From: Curvularia clavata
Lineage: Eukaryota
Length of the DNA: 64,000 nt
Assembly (NCBI GenBank): GCA_023920165.1
Contig: CP089274.1
Coordinates: 5,456,001 to 5,520,000 of the forward strand
Direction: 5' to 3'
The notes beneath the pieces are model-generated. The model was not told the DNA's origin. It was given only the letters and a program-made list of their open reading frames with translations, and searched no databases. This document shows, piece after piece, positions 22,873-33,708 of this stretch (positions within the stretch are counted from its first letter, which is position 1; each line of letters opens with the position of its first letter). The translations under genes and the position numbers were made by a program.

Positions 22873-24031
22873 TTATACAGCCCTGGCAACCATCATTGCT
22901 CCTAAACTCACCAAGCCAGCCATAAGTATGTTCACGGCATTGTTGTCCAGCAGGTCATTTCCAACCTCGATCCTTCTGCTTTCATGCTGCTCATCGGCGA
23001 CCGCATTTCCACTTGCTCCAGCCTTCAACATTTGCTCCGAAGCCTTGATGGATGCTGCTGCGTCCGTGCCGCTGGTGTTAGCCGTTTCGCCCTTGCCTTC
23101 CGTTCGACTACTGACAATACTGTGTGCTTGACCCGTCTTGGAAAGGTGAAGAGCATGGCTGCTTTTTACAAGAACTTTCCTGCCTCCTTCACCCTCTACG
23201 ACTTTGCCTGAGTGTATGTCAACTACGCTGGCCTGGAAGAGGGCACCAAGAAGCGAGTCGAGAAGCGTTCCGCTGAAGCCAGCTGCAGTCAGTGCAAGAG
23301 TATACTTGGTCTTTTCGACAAGGCCCCAATCTTTGCAGAATGGCAAGAGCATTGTAGAAGTGAAAGAGAGTATGAATGCGCCGAGTAGCCCCGCACCAAG
23401 ACCAGTGCTTGTTACCCCTCCATTAGTACCAGGCGGGACGACACGCCATGGAGCGGTTATAAGACGTGGTTTTGACTTGGATAGGATTCCGAGTTCAGAC
23501 GAAAAGGTGTCTGCGGCGACTGCGGCGTAGTTGCTAATGCATGTCAATACCCTGTCATGTGGGCCAAGAACGGGTGCCATACGCTACAATACCTGTTACC
23601 AACACATCGTCCCTCCCGCTCCAACAAAGATCCTTGTCTTCGTACCGTCCTTCCTTCACCAGCTGCCAGAGGTGGAGCAAAATTAACACCGAAGCTACGC
23701 CGGAGTTTGCAATTACTTGAATATGGTTGCGGGGCCCTTCTCCCCCAGAAGCGCCTGTCGCAGACTGGGTAAGCTTTGCTTTGACGTCATGTTTGACCTA
23801 CATTGTGTTAGTAACTACGAGACATGAAGAACGCAAATGGCGTACTTTGGTAACGGCCGTCCCAGCTAAGAAAAAGACTGCGAGCAGGGAGAAGCAAACA
23901 CTCCAAGGGTGCAAGGCATGAATGACGGCTGTCACGAACGCTGTGACAATACCCACTGGAGTTAGTGACTTCCGCGAGTACGCCCTGTAAACCAGCGCAG
24001 CAACTGCGGGAACGGCTATTATGGGTTTCAT
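22873..24031 (-). CDS. DUF92/TMEM19 integral membrane protein
   Basis: RKSLTPVG, GGEGPRNHIQVIANSG, AAVAADTFSSELG, PPGTNGGVT, LLDSLLGALFQ, LLDNNAVN; introns 23798-23845 and 23534-23582. Confidence 0.9.
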
Positions 24032-24166
24032 GATTTGCGCCTGGTTATGCTGAATAGCGACACGGAGATGTGGCTCAAAGAACGTGAGCTTCCGAAGCAG
24101 CTGGTGTGGGGTTGCGTCATGTCATGGCCCCATTTTGGTCTTGGCATAATAGGTGCCCTCGAGAAC

Positions 24167-24385
24167 ATGAACTCTGAATCTTGAGCTCCCTTCTGACATC
24201 CTCGACAGGATACGAAGGGATTTCGAAGATGAGGTTTTTAAATTCACTAAAACGTCCTGGATTGTGCTATAGAGATGATCCAGTCATCACCAAGTCGCTT
24301 TTATCAATTCGACTTCGCAGCGTAATCTAAACTGAATCTACCTATCATGTGTTCGGATTTTCACACATCTCTATCCTATCTGCCC
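24167..24385 (+). pseudogene. Probable F-box gene relic
   Basis: Frame-broken pieces LNLELPSDILDRI..., then KSLLSIRL... and TYHVFGFSHISI, with stops and frameshifts. Confidence 0.35.
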
Positions 24386-25248
24386 AAAGAAAAAAAATTC
24401 TCTCCCAGCTTCCTGTAGTTGTCGTCCGCTCATAGATTTGCGTTACAAAAGCACTGGATCCTTTTCCCTATTGCAGACTTAGGTCAGGGCCCTTTGAGGT
24501 CAAGAAAACTATGAGCTAGATCAGCGTGCTCGCACAAATCTTGGAATCGAGTCTCATGAAAGAGAGGCATGAGTCTGGTGCTGGAAGCAAGGTGAACACA
24601 ACTTATCTTGTATTCCAACGTCTGCATGCCTGACTCAATCAAATATGTCTAACGGATGCCTTATAGCCACCGATACCTAATCTGTCGATAGCCTGATTCC
24701 GATTCCTATCTGTATCGCTCAAGCCGAAGGCGCAAGATACATATCCATGGCGCCTTGGGCCTGCGCAATGCTTAAACGAGCTGGGCATTGCTTGAACATG
24801 CTTAAGTGCGCTTTGGTTTTCATGTAGAGATAAGATCTACACGTCTGCCTATGGCCTTCACCAATCGCAATTGAACATGTCTTGACTGGTGGAGGCACAG
24901 ACAGTGCAAATGAGATGCGATTGGCTCGCCCAGTTCGCCCAACTAGGTATAGTCAGAACTGAGCCGTAATACGAGCAATGCGAATGGAGCAAAACACTCA
25001 AACTCAGCCTCTCGGTAAATACGAACTTTTGAGATTGGTTGAATTGGTCTCGTGGCTTGAGCGAGTATATTCGTCACAGCCACAATGGCCCCTCTTATGC
25101 GAGTCAACATGATCAGGCAAACAGCCCACATATTCAGGCAGACTGGAGAATATTAAACAATACAATATCCGCAGACGTACAAGGACATCATAGCCAGGCC
25201 CATTCATCTCTACATTTCTTTTCTGTTCGTTCTTACTGGGGATTCGCT

Positions 25249-27320
25249 ATGGCATTCCTCCTATACAAATATATTCGAGGAAAACTACAGGAGCGCGAAG
25301 CACAAAAAGCTATTCCTACCGCCAATGATTCCCACTTAGCGCCCGAGCATACATCAGTACATGAGCTCCGCGAAGACTTGAACAACCAGAATCATGTACC
25401 TGCCAGAGACTCTGCAGGAAGCCATACCAACCTCCTCACCCCGGAAGAAGCAGCCCAACAAAAGGCTGAAGCCCGACGAAACAACATTCGACAATGGAAA
25501 CTCTTGTTAGGACTCGTATTACCCAACTTCCTAGCTGCCATGGACGTTACAATTGTCGCTCCAGCTATTCCCCTTATATCCTCTCATTTCAGTACGCCAG
25601 ACCTTGAAAAACGCCTTCACAATTTTCCAAGTAGCTAATCCACCCATCCAGATCAGCTTTCTGGCAGTTTCAACTGGATCGTTGCTGCCTATACGCTGAC
25701 ATTTACAACATTCATTCCGGTATCTGGTCAGTTGGCTGATATCTACGGTCGACATTTTGCTCTGCAGTTTGAGATGTTTTGGATCATGATCGGTAGCGTG
25801 CTCTGTGCTGCAGCTCAGTCGTGGAGTATGCTGCTTGTAGGCAGGGCACTACAGGGCTTAGGAGCTGCGGGTATCATGAGTTTGAGCCGCATCATCTTGT
25901 CGGATGGGGCGTCACTGGCTAACAACTCGAGGAGCAACTCCCTTTTGTCGTTGATCAGTGGGTGCAGGTAGGTTTTCTGAATCTTCATACTCAAGCAGTA
26001 TTAGCTGATACAGAGAACAGTTACGCTGTGGGCCCTGTAGTCGGCGGATACCTCGCAGATGCAGGATGGCGCTACATCTTTGTTCTTCCCATTGGTGTTG
26101 CCGTACTCGCCATGGTCCTCATTGTCCTCCTCATGCGCAATGAACTTGTCCAGGGTCGCGCCAACGTCAGGTCACAACCCTCGCGCCGCCTAGGCTACAT
26201 CTCCGGTCTTGCAATTATCGACTGGCCGGGCGTTGTCATGTTCATTCTCGGAGTCGGCTGCATCATCCTCGCCATGCAATGGGGTGGAAACCAGTACGCA
26301 TGGTCATCCCCAGCCGTCGTGGTTCCGTTCGTCGTCGGCGGCATACTGTGTGTCCTCTTCTTCATCTACGAATATCTCCTTGGACCAGGCCGAGCCGTAG
26401 CTAGGCTCTTCCCTCGTCAAATTGCCATGATCCCTTCTACTCTCTTCCGCAAAAAGGATACCTCTCTACTCATGATCACGAATTTCTCCTCCGGCATCAG
26501 CCTGGTCTGCGCTTTCTACTTCATCTCGTACTACTGGCAGCTTGCCGAGGGATATTCACCCAGCCAAGCCGGTATACAGCTGTTGTACTACACACCCGGT
26601 CTAGGAGTTGGCGTCTACTCGGCCTCGATAATGTGCAATATCTGGCCAGGCCAAACCTTCTTACCAATCCTCATTGGCTCTATAGTCGAAGCTGTCGGTC
26701 TCGCTGTCCTCACATACTCCATCTCCATCCGCCACACTATAATGGTCTCCGTCTTCCTCGCTGTAGCGGGCGCAGGCACTGGCTTACGATTTATGCCTCT
26801 AGTTCTGCACGCAGCGGGAATATGGTCGACGCGCGTGCCCAGTATGCAATCGCTGCTTTCTTTCATGCTGCCACTGGGTGAGACGGTCGGTATAGCCATG
26901 ATGGGCAGTGTGTTTTCAAATAAACTCACTGATTCTATATCGCGGATAAGCCATTCTGCAAATGGGACTGCGCTTCCTTTCTCTGGACCGCCTAGTCTGG
27001 ATATGCTAAACAGCTTGCCTCCATCAGTCAAGACAGCAGTGCAGGATGCAGCTGCAAAGGCGGTCATGTGGGCACTGATTTCTGTGCTGCCGTTCATGGG
27101 CCTTGCGATTGTGGCGTCGATTTTCCTAGGTAACGTGTGGATTGGCAAGGCGGAGAAAGAGGCAAAGGGGAAGAAAATGGGACGCAAAGCACAAAAGAGC
27201 CAGGTCCTGTATGGAGTCTACTTGTTGGCTTTGTTTACCGGGAGGGTCAAAGAGTGTAAACAAGATCTTGATGTGGATGTAGAGCGTGAGGAAGAGAAGA
27301 CGGCGGAGGGCGCAAAGTAA
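25249..27320 (+). CDS. MFS transporter (DHA2-like drug/metabolite efflux)
   Basis: FLAAMDVTIVAPA, WIVAAY, GQLADIYGR, GRALQGLG, GPVVGG, IDWPG motifs; introns 25592-25651 and 25968-26020. Confidence 0.88.
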
Positions 27321-27629
27321 GATATCAGATTATGAGCATTGTGGTGTGCATTCGAACTAGATTTCATTGAAGACACACATTAATGTATTACTCGAGTTTG
27401 AAGTTTTCATGTTCAAGTGTCTGAATCCCTATCATAATACTGAGCACAACGTTATCATGTCTCGTATTGACTTACTGCATGACAGTCGAAGCTCATTCCA
27501 TCCGGAAGATCTGATGTAACAATCAATAACAAGACCCCCAAAATCTGCTAGCATATCCATCTAAAGCACCGATTCTATGAGTTTAAACTCTTCCGGTTCA
27601 GTTACTATAGCCAGGTATGCTCGCCTCAC

Positions 27630-30017
27630 TTAGCAATTACGCTCTTCCGGCTCCCTCCACGGCACACCCAGGATTTCAAAGATGCGCTTCTCACTCCTGC
27701 TCTCCACCAACACACCTTGATTGAGCTTCCCGGCGTGCTTTCCCCTCTTTACATCCTTGTATAACCCCTTCTGATTGAGGCACATGCCCTTCTTTCGGGC
27801 CAGCAGCCTCATGCTTCTGTTGAATATATCGCTGCCAGTAAAATAAAGCAACGCAGCACCCATCTCCTGTTCTGGGACGAGCAAAAAGTCTATTCTACGC
27901 CAAACAGTAGACGTGGGGAGGCAGGAGGCGCCATGCCATTTCGACCCACTGGAGTCGTTGGACCGCGACATGGTGAGCGAAGCTTTGAGGATACCAGTCT
28001 TGTAGAGATGCGGGATGAGGACATCGAATATGGTAGTGCGCATGGTTGCTAATGAGGTGTTGGGTCGAGAAAAGATCATGTCAATGTCGCCCGAGTCTTT
28101 TGCTCCGCGACGATAACTGCCCATGATGGTAGCGCTGAATTGCGGGTCGATCTGCTTGAGTGCAGCGTTCACAATGGCACCGTGTGCCTCGACTTCAGCA
28201 CGTGGTATTCTGGCGTTGAAATCATCATAGTGTTCGACACCGATTTTCTGGCTTTCAGTGAGTTTAGCTTTAGTCTTAAGGTCCTCCAGTGTACGGTAGC
28301 CAGCTTGAACCCATTTGTGGGCTTGCATGAGGCCAGCGCCATAGACGCCGAGAAACAGACGTAAGGCTACATCCAGGTGATCGTCGCGCGTGCTCTCAAG
28401 TCGGCGAAGACGGTCTGTTATAACAATCTCCTCAATCTTGGTAGCAAGGCGCGGGCCCACAAAACGTAACTTTGCTGCCTGCTCTGCAGTGGTGATCTTG
28501 ACGGTTTGTTGCTTCAGCGTGGCAATGCATTTGCGGTAGCTTAGGGTTCGCCACTGGTCTTGCATCTGTTCGTAGTGCCTGCACATCTCATCTAGTATCT
28601 GGATGGTTCGGGCGTTTGGATTCTGCGAAGTATGACCACTGGGGTTCGGGTTCATACATTGGAAGTTGCTCATGCTAAGGGATTTTTTGTCGCGTAAAGC
28701 CGAAGCTTTTGAGACAATACCCAACTTCCTGAGGCGCTCAGGGCCCATATCCAGAGGTTCCTCGTCTGTACCTGAATTCTCGGCATCTACATCACTTTCT
28801 CTAACCGATTCTACTTCTTCCTCTTCATCGAGTGGTAGATGCATAAGGGCCTTGGCTTCTTGAATGGCTTGTGAAAGGGTATCGCCGAATTGGTCTACAG
28901 GTTTTGGTGCAGGCTCGCCAGATGTCTCTGAGGGCATCACGAAGCTGTCTTCCACCGTCTCTTCGAAAAGGCCAGAAGACACCGTGTCTAGGGTAGGGTG
29001 AGTGAAGGAGATGCTTTCTTCTGAGGTATACGAATCCGTCTTCTGTGACCCTCGAGTAACCATTTGTCTTTTTGAAGCCTTTACCTTTAATGAGCTCTGC
29101 GACGTAGTTGACTCGTGTGAGGGCTCTGGTGTTTGGCCAAGCACTGCCACCCCTTCTGCACCTTTTACAGCGAAGAAGGAAGCGGTAGGAGCAAAAAGCT
29201 CGCCCCGGTCAATACACCGGGGTATGTATGGGTCAAATTTGACGACCACAACGTTCTGCCTGTTCGTCAGTTTAAGAGATCTTAGGGTTGAACATTTACG
29301 TACCGAGGGTATTGGCCTGTCTAGATGCCGCATTAGCTGGGCATATGTATATGTATCGTCATCTACAATGATATGTGTAATGTCATCGCTCCAATCTTTA
29401 ACCCATGCAGCACCCAGCTCTATCGTTTTATGTATACGTCGTCGCCGAGCCATAGAAATATCGTCGTTTGGATAGAAGTAGACAATTTTTCCTTTGAGAA
29501 GCTGCTTGTGTTCGGGTGCCAGCTTGATATTGGTGGCAGGCTTCACGTTCTTCCCACTCTTCAGCTCACGGGGAATGGCACCCACCCGTCTGTAAAAATG
29601 TATAGATTCTTTTTCAAGTAGCTGGGAGACAGATATGGTCCTCTTGAGACGGCTCTTGCTGCTAACTGCACTCCCCGCAACACTGTTTCGTGACGGAGCG
29701 GTTCGGGAGCTCTTATTTGCCTCTGGTTGTGGAGCAGTACATGATCGAGTCAGCCTCTGATTCACTTGTCGACCAGATGCGCGCTGTTGCATTGCGTGCT
29801 CCTCGAACTGTGCTTGCATCTCTCGTGGTGTCGGCCCAAGGAAACTACTTGTCTTTTTCGGCAGCGAGAGGGGTTTTATAGACTTCGACTCTGCTAGAGC
29901 GCGCTCCAGATTAAGCAGGCTTTCGTTCGGAGTATAAACATCATCATCATCCGACAAATCTAAAAGAGACTGTTCTTGGAAGTAAGCCTCTTTAGCTAGG
30001 CGGTCAAAATCCGACAT
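27630..30017 (-). CDS. POL4: DNA polymerase family X (Pol lambda/Pol4) with BRCT domain
   Basis: BRCT-like LLKGKIVYF...ITHIIVD; lyase region WRTLSYRK; GSYRRG..DSGDIDM; RRIDFL; LLYFTGS..FNRSMR; EPEERN. Probable 48-nt intron 29256-29303. Confidence 0.9.
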   Translation of the reverse strand: MSDFDRLAKEAYFQEQSLLDLSDDDDVYTPNESLLNLERALAESKSIKPLSLPKKTSSFLGPTPREMQAQFEEHAMQQRASGRQVNQRLTRSCTAPQPEANKSSRTAPSRNSVAGSAVSSKSRLKRTISVSQLLEKESIHFYRRVGAIPRELKSGKNVKPATNIKLAPEHKQLLKGKIVYFYPNDDISMARRRRIHKTIELGAAWVKDWSDDITHIIVDDDTYTYAQLMRHLDRPIPSVRKCSTLRSLKLTNRQNVVVVKFDPYIPRCIDRGELFAPTASFFAVKGAEGVAVLGQTPEPSHESTTSQSSLKVKASKRQMVTRGSQKTDSYTSEESISFTHPTLDTVSSGLFEETVEDSFVMPSETSGEPAPKPVDQFGDTLSQAIQEAKALMHLPLDEEEEVESVRESDVDAENSGTDEEPLDMGPERLRKLGIVSKASALRDKKSLSMSNFQCMNPNPSGHTSQNPNARTIQILDEMCRHYEQMQDQWRTLSYRKCIATLKQQTVKITTAEQAAKLRFVGPRLATKIEEIVITDRLRRLESTRDDHLDVALRLFLGVYGAGLMQAHKWVQAGYRTLEDLKTKAKLTESQKIGVEHYDDFNARIPRAEVEAHGAIVNAALKQIDPQFSATIMGSYRRGAKDSGDIDMIFSRPNTSLATMRTTIFDVLIPHLYKTGILKASLTMSRSNDSSGSKWHGASCLPTSTVWRRIDFLLVPEQEMGAALLYFTGSDIFNRSMRLLARKKGMCLNQKGLYKDVKRGKHAGKLNQGVLVESRSEKRIFEILGVPWREPEERNC

Positions 30018-30418
30018 CTTAGGCTAAATCGATGGCGAAGTGAAAGTTGAGTATATGGGAATTGAAAGTGTTGTTTCCAAGGATATAGTGATGACTTTGA
30101 GCCCAAGATCCAAGATCCAAGACCAGGCCTCAATCGTTGATTAGTCGTAAGAGTAGAAAGTAGAATGGACTGAGAGTTAAGCACCGTGGGTTCGATGATT
30201 TCATAACTACTCATATTATGCTGGGACTGCTGGTGAAAGGCGGACAATGAAAGTGAATGGTGAAAGAGATCCCCGCACGTCGACCAGGCAGTTGGCGCGT
30301 CCAGGCTTGCTGGCTGACGCGAAAGCACGTGACACTCTGACCGCTTTCGCACTAGGTCAAAGCTCACTTTCCTCATTTCTTAGGTCTGGTGGGGAGTAAG
30401 ATTTACTCCGCATTCATA

Positions 30419-31369
30419 ATGTTACAACCACGGATAGCAGCACCGCTGCGCCGCATATCCATTTATAGGCCTTCACTATGTTTGAGATGTCACACGCGCC
30501 TGGTAGCCGGGTCAATTGTGCAACAATCATTTGCTCGCACCTTCACTTCCGCCCAAAGTCTCCGCCGACCAGGGACGGACCCAAAGGCTACCGAGCCTGT
30601 ACCCACTCCCGACCCGAAAGATGAAGATATATTCATCCCCAAGCCACTCGGCCGACCCATTGGCTTCAAGTCTCCCCCAAACCCAGGTGAAAATGCTAGC
30701 ATACCCAAATCCAAAAAAGACTACTCTGGCATGACAATGTCACAGCGCAACCTCGAGAAGCGCAAAGATCTGGTAGAGAAATGGGGTACAAACTATTTCC
30801 GCGACTTCAAAAACATTCGCAAGTACAGGTCGGGAAAGACGTTCATGGCAAACCCCAGAATCTTCAAGAAGGAGGCAGCACTGTACTTTCCAAACTTCCA
30901 TGGAGATACGCTAGAGGGAAAGGATAAAGATACAACCAACGTGCTGGCGGGCAAGGTCAGCGTGGTGAACGTGTATAGTTCGCAGTGGGGTCTGAGTCAA
31001 GTGGAGACATTCACTGGAACCAAAGCGAACGCCAATTTGCACAATATGCTCTCGCAGAGTCCGCAGGTGGCACAGATGGTTGACATCAACATTGAGGAGA
31101 ATACCATGAAGGCCTGGATCATTGCGCTTTTCCAGTGGCGGTTGAAGGCCTCGAAACCAAAAGAGGACTGGGGCAAGTACTTCGTTGTCAGGAAGGGTGT
31201 CAGTGAGAGGATACGAGAGACAATCGGCTTGTTGAACGGCAGGGTCGGATATGTCTATCTTGTGGATCAAGATTGCAAGATTCGATGGGCAGGCAGTGGA
31301 GACGCAGAAGGCACGGAGATGGAGGACATGAACAGAGGATTCGCCAAGTTGATTGCCGAAGCGCAATAA
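30419..31369 (+). CDS. ATP10: Mitochondrial ATP synthase Fo assembly factor Atp10
   Basis: Arg-rich presequence; ALYFPNFHG, NIEENTMKAW, N.RVGYVYLVD..CKIRWAGSG motifs. Confidence 0.92.
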   Translation: MLQPRIAAPLRRISIYRPSLCLRCHTRLVAGSIVQQSFARTFTSAQSLRRPGTDPKATEPVPTPDPKDEDIFIPKPLGRPIGFKSPPNPGENASIPKSKKDYSGMTMSQRNLEKRKDLVEKWGTNYFRDFKNIRKYRSGKTFMANPRIFKKEAALYFPNFHGDTLEGKDKDTTNVLAGKVSVVNVYSSQWGLSQVETFTGTKANANLHNMLSQSPQVAQMVDINIEENTMKAWIIALFQWRLKASKPKEDWGKYFVVRKGVSERIRETIGLLNGRVGYVYLVDQDCKIRWAGSGDAEGTEMEDMNRGFAKLIAEAQ

Positions 31370-31516
31370 CGCTCTGGCTGGAAAAAGCATTGTAACATAC
31401 TTGTACATCATAACGACCCAGTCGCCTTGTATGACATAGAACCCAACAAGGTCATGAGGATATCCCACCCGCTCGAACGCCATGTATGGATACACTTGTA
31501 TCAAAAACCGAAACCA

Positions 31517-32261
31517 CTACCTGAACCATAAAAGCATCAGGAAACAAAATGCAATGAAGCTCGCGAGTATAATACCGTCCCTTCTCTTCTTGGATCCAAT
31601 CCTTCCCATCAAGCTGTTGATTCCAGGTACCTGACTTGCAGCACCTACGATTCTCCTGTTGATGTTCGCTAGCGTCTCCCTCTGCAAAGCGAAGTTCTCC
31701 TGTACTGCGTACGCTTGACTAAGGACTGAGTCGGTTACGTTATGTGAGTTCTCAATGCGGTTCCGTTCGTCGAGCATGTAGTCGGCTTCGGTCTGGTTGG
31801 CTGAACGATAGGCGTCGATGTCCGATCGTACGTTCGAGAGGAGGTTGGCTCTGTTGCGGGCATCGTTCAAGGAGGATTTGAGACGTGCAAGTTCACGGCG
31901 ATGATCCGAAAGGACCTCGCGATGTCTGGCGAGGTTGTTTTGCTTTACGGCGGAGGAGCCATGGGTAGATTCAGAGTCGAGTAGCCGCGACAGCTGAGCA
32001 ACAAGCCCGTCCCGCTGCTCGAGGATTTCTTGCAGCCGTGATTCCACCCTTGTCTCTTCTTCTGATGGTTTCGCGGGAATGTTTGGCGTCGAGCCGAACT
32101 GTGAATATGTATGGAAGAGCGTCTCTGTCTGCCATGCGTCGTTAGCTAGGTGCCTATGAAAGCCGGGTGCACTCCGGTAGTGGGCAAGTAAAACCTACTT
32201 GTTGTTCTAGAGTGCGCGCTTGCTGGCGTAGCTGCGCCCAACCTCCCCCAGTAGCAGACAT
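31517..32261 (-). CDS. GOS1: Golgi SNARE Gos1
   Basis: MSATGGGWAQLRQQARTLE / TETLFHTYSQF across intron 32129-32198; LARHREVL, PGINSLM..I..KKRRD and a C-terminal TM anchor. Confidence 0.92.
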
Positions 32262-32497
32262 GTCGAATATTGCGTGCGCTCCCCAGGCAGATACAGTGCA
32301 CTCAGTCTTGTTCTGGCATCATGAGGGTCCGAACTGCTGCACAGGATACGCAATGCCAAGGCGCCGAGACGCTAGTGCGTTGGTGTGCTAGCGCATCACT
32401 CGGCTAATTGGATTTGTCTCCGCCCACACATTGTGTCGATATCGACGACACGCGAGACTCCATCCAAATCACACGGTCCTACTAACACACAGTAAAA

Positions 32498-33210
32498 ATG
32501 GTACGTTCATGATCTCAATGTTACGCTCAGAAGAGAGATTATGCTGCGCTGGCCTGCAGTGGTGGGGTCAGGCAGTCACAGCCTCTGCCGGTGTTGCTGC
32601 GCAAAATTCGAAATTGCATATTGAACAGAACGAATGCTAACAGTATGCCTACAGTCTGCCCCCAAGGTCGTACGTCAACCCTCGCTCGCGCAAACTACTG
32701 CCTTCGAACCCGTACTCACAACCGTTGCAGAAGACCGCCCAGCTGTGGAACAAGTCCAAGGATGAGCTCGCGTCTCAGCTCGCCGACCTCAAGTCGTACG
32801 TCGCCCAAAAACCGGAATTAAAAAAAAGAGGAATTGGAATGCTGACGGAAGTAAAGGGAGCTGATCCAGCTCAGGACCGCCAAGGTCACCGGAGGCTCCA
32901 ACACCAAGCTTACCCGCATTCACGACGTCCGCAAGGGTATCGCCAAGGTCCTTACCGTCATCAACGCCAACCAGAGGGCTCAGCTCAGGCTTTTCTACAA
33001 GGGCAAGAAGTGCGTTTAGACCAGAAAAAAAAAGAATTGTGTCCAGGGCTCGTAGCTAACATGGTTAGGTACACTCCTCTTGACCTCCGCCCCAAGCAGA
33101 CCCGCGCCATCCGCCGAAGGCTCACCAAGCACGAGGCTTCTCTCGTCACCGAGAAGCAGAAGAAGAAGCAAACACACTTCCCCCAGCGAAAGTACGCCGT
33201 CAAGGCATAA
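32498..33210 (+). CDS. RPL35: 60S ribosomal protein L35 (uL29)
   Basis: Five exons (32498-32500, 32655-32669, 32731-32795, 32857-33009, 33069-33210) splice to [14 protein letters not shown]...[13 protein letters not shown]...[16 protein letters not shown]...[10 protein letters not shown]. Confidence 0.93.
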
Positions 33211-33708
33211 GCGTGCTTTTACGAAGGTGTTTCTCTTTTCTTCCTTTGTCTCATGAAGCATTGAATTGCCGGGGCTTTTCCAGCTAGCAACCCACGCGTG
33301 TACTCGTAGTACCATACTCCAGAGGAGCGAGGAAGGTGGCGTAGCCAATGGGAGTGGACGGACAGGGCAATCTTTAACGGAAATGGGTTGGCGTCCATGT
33401 CAAGATCTATGAATAAAAAGTTCAGACAAGCTCGGAAATGATACCTCATGATTTGTGAAAGGAGTGCTGTTGTTTTACCAAAGTTTCGATGCGTTGAGGT
33501 TGTGTTTCAGTCAAAGGGCTGTTGTGGACATATAACACGTTCACAGCCTAGAGACGAATTCCGCACATGGAAAAACTTATTTGGATTTTATATGCAAGAT
33601 TGACTAGCATTGCGATACGGCCTACATTTTTTTACGCTAACACTGAATCAGGAAATAACAAAGACTCTTTTCTTTATCCAACTTGAACATGATTGTAAGG
33701 ACACAATC

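Noticed and set aside
1..27320. Secondary-metabolite cluster made of the NRPS-like gene, P450, acyl-CoA ligase and MFS transporter
   Set aside because: The genes are separated by many core housekeeping genes, and ATRR and FAT1 have primary-metabolic roles.
32725..33210. 161-aa ORF suggesting a frameshifted RPL35
   Set aside because: Fully explained by canonical introns; no recoding is needed.
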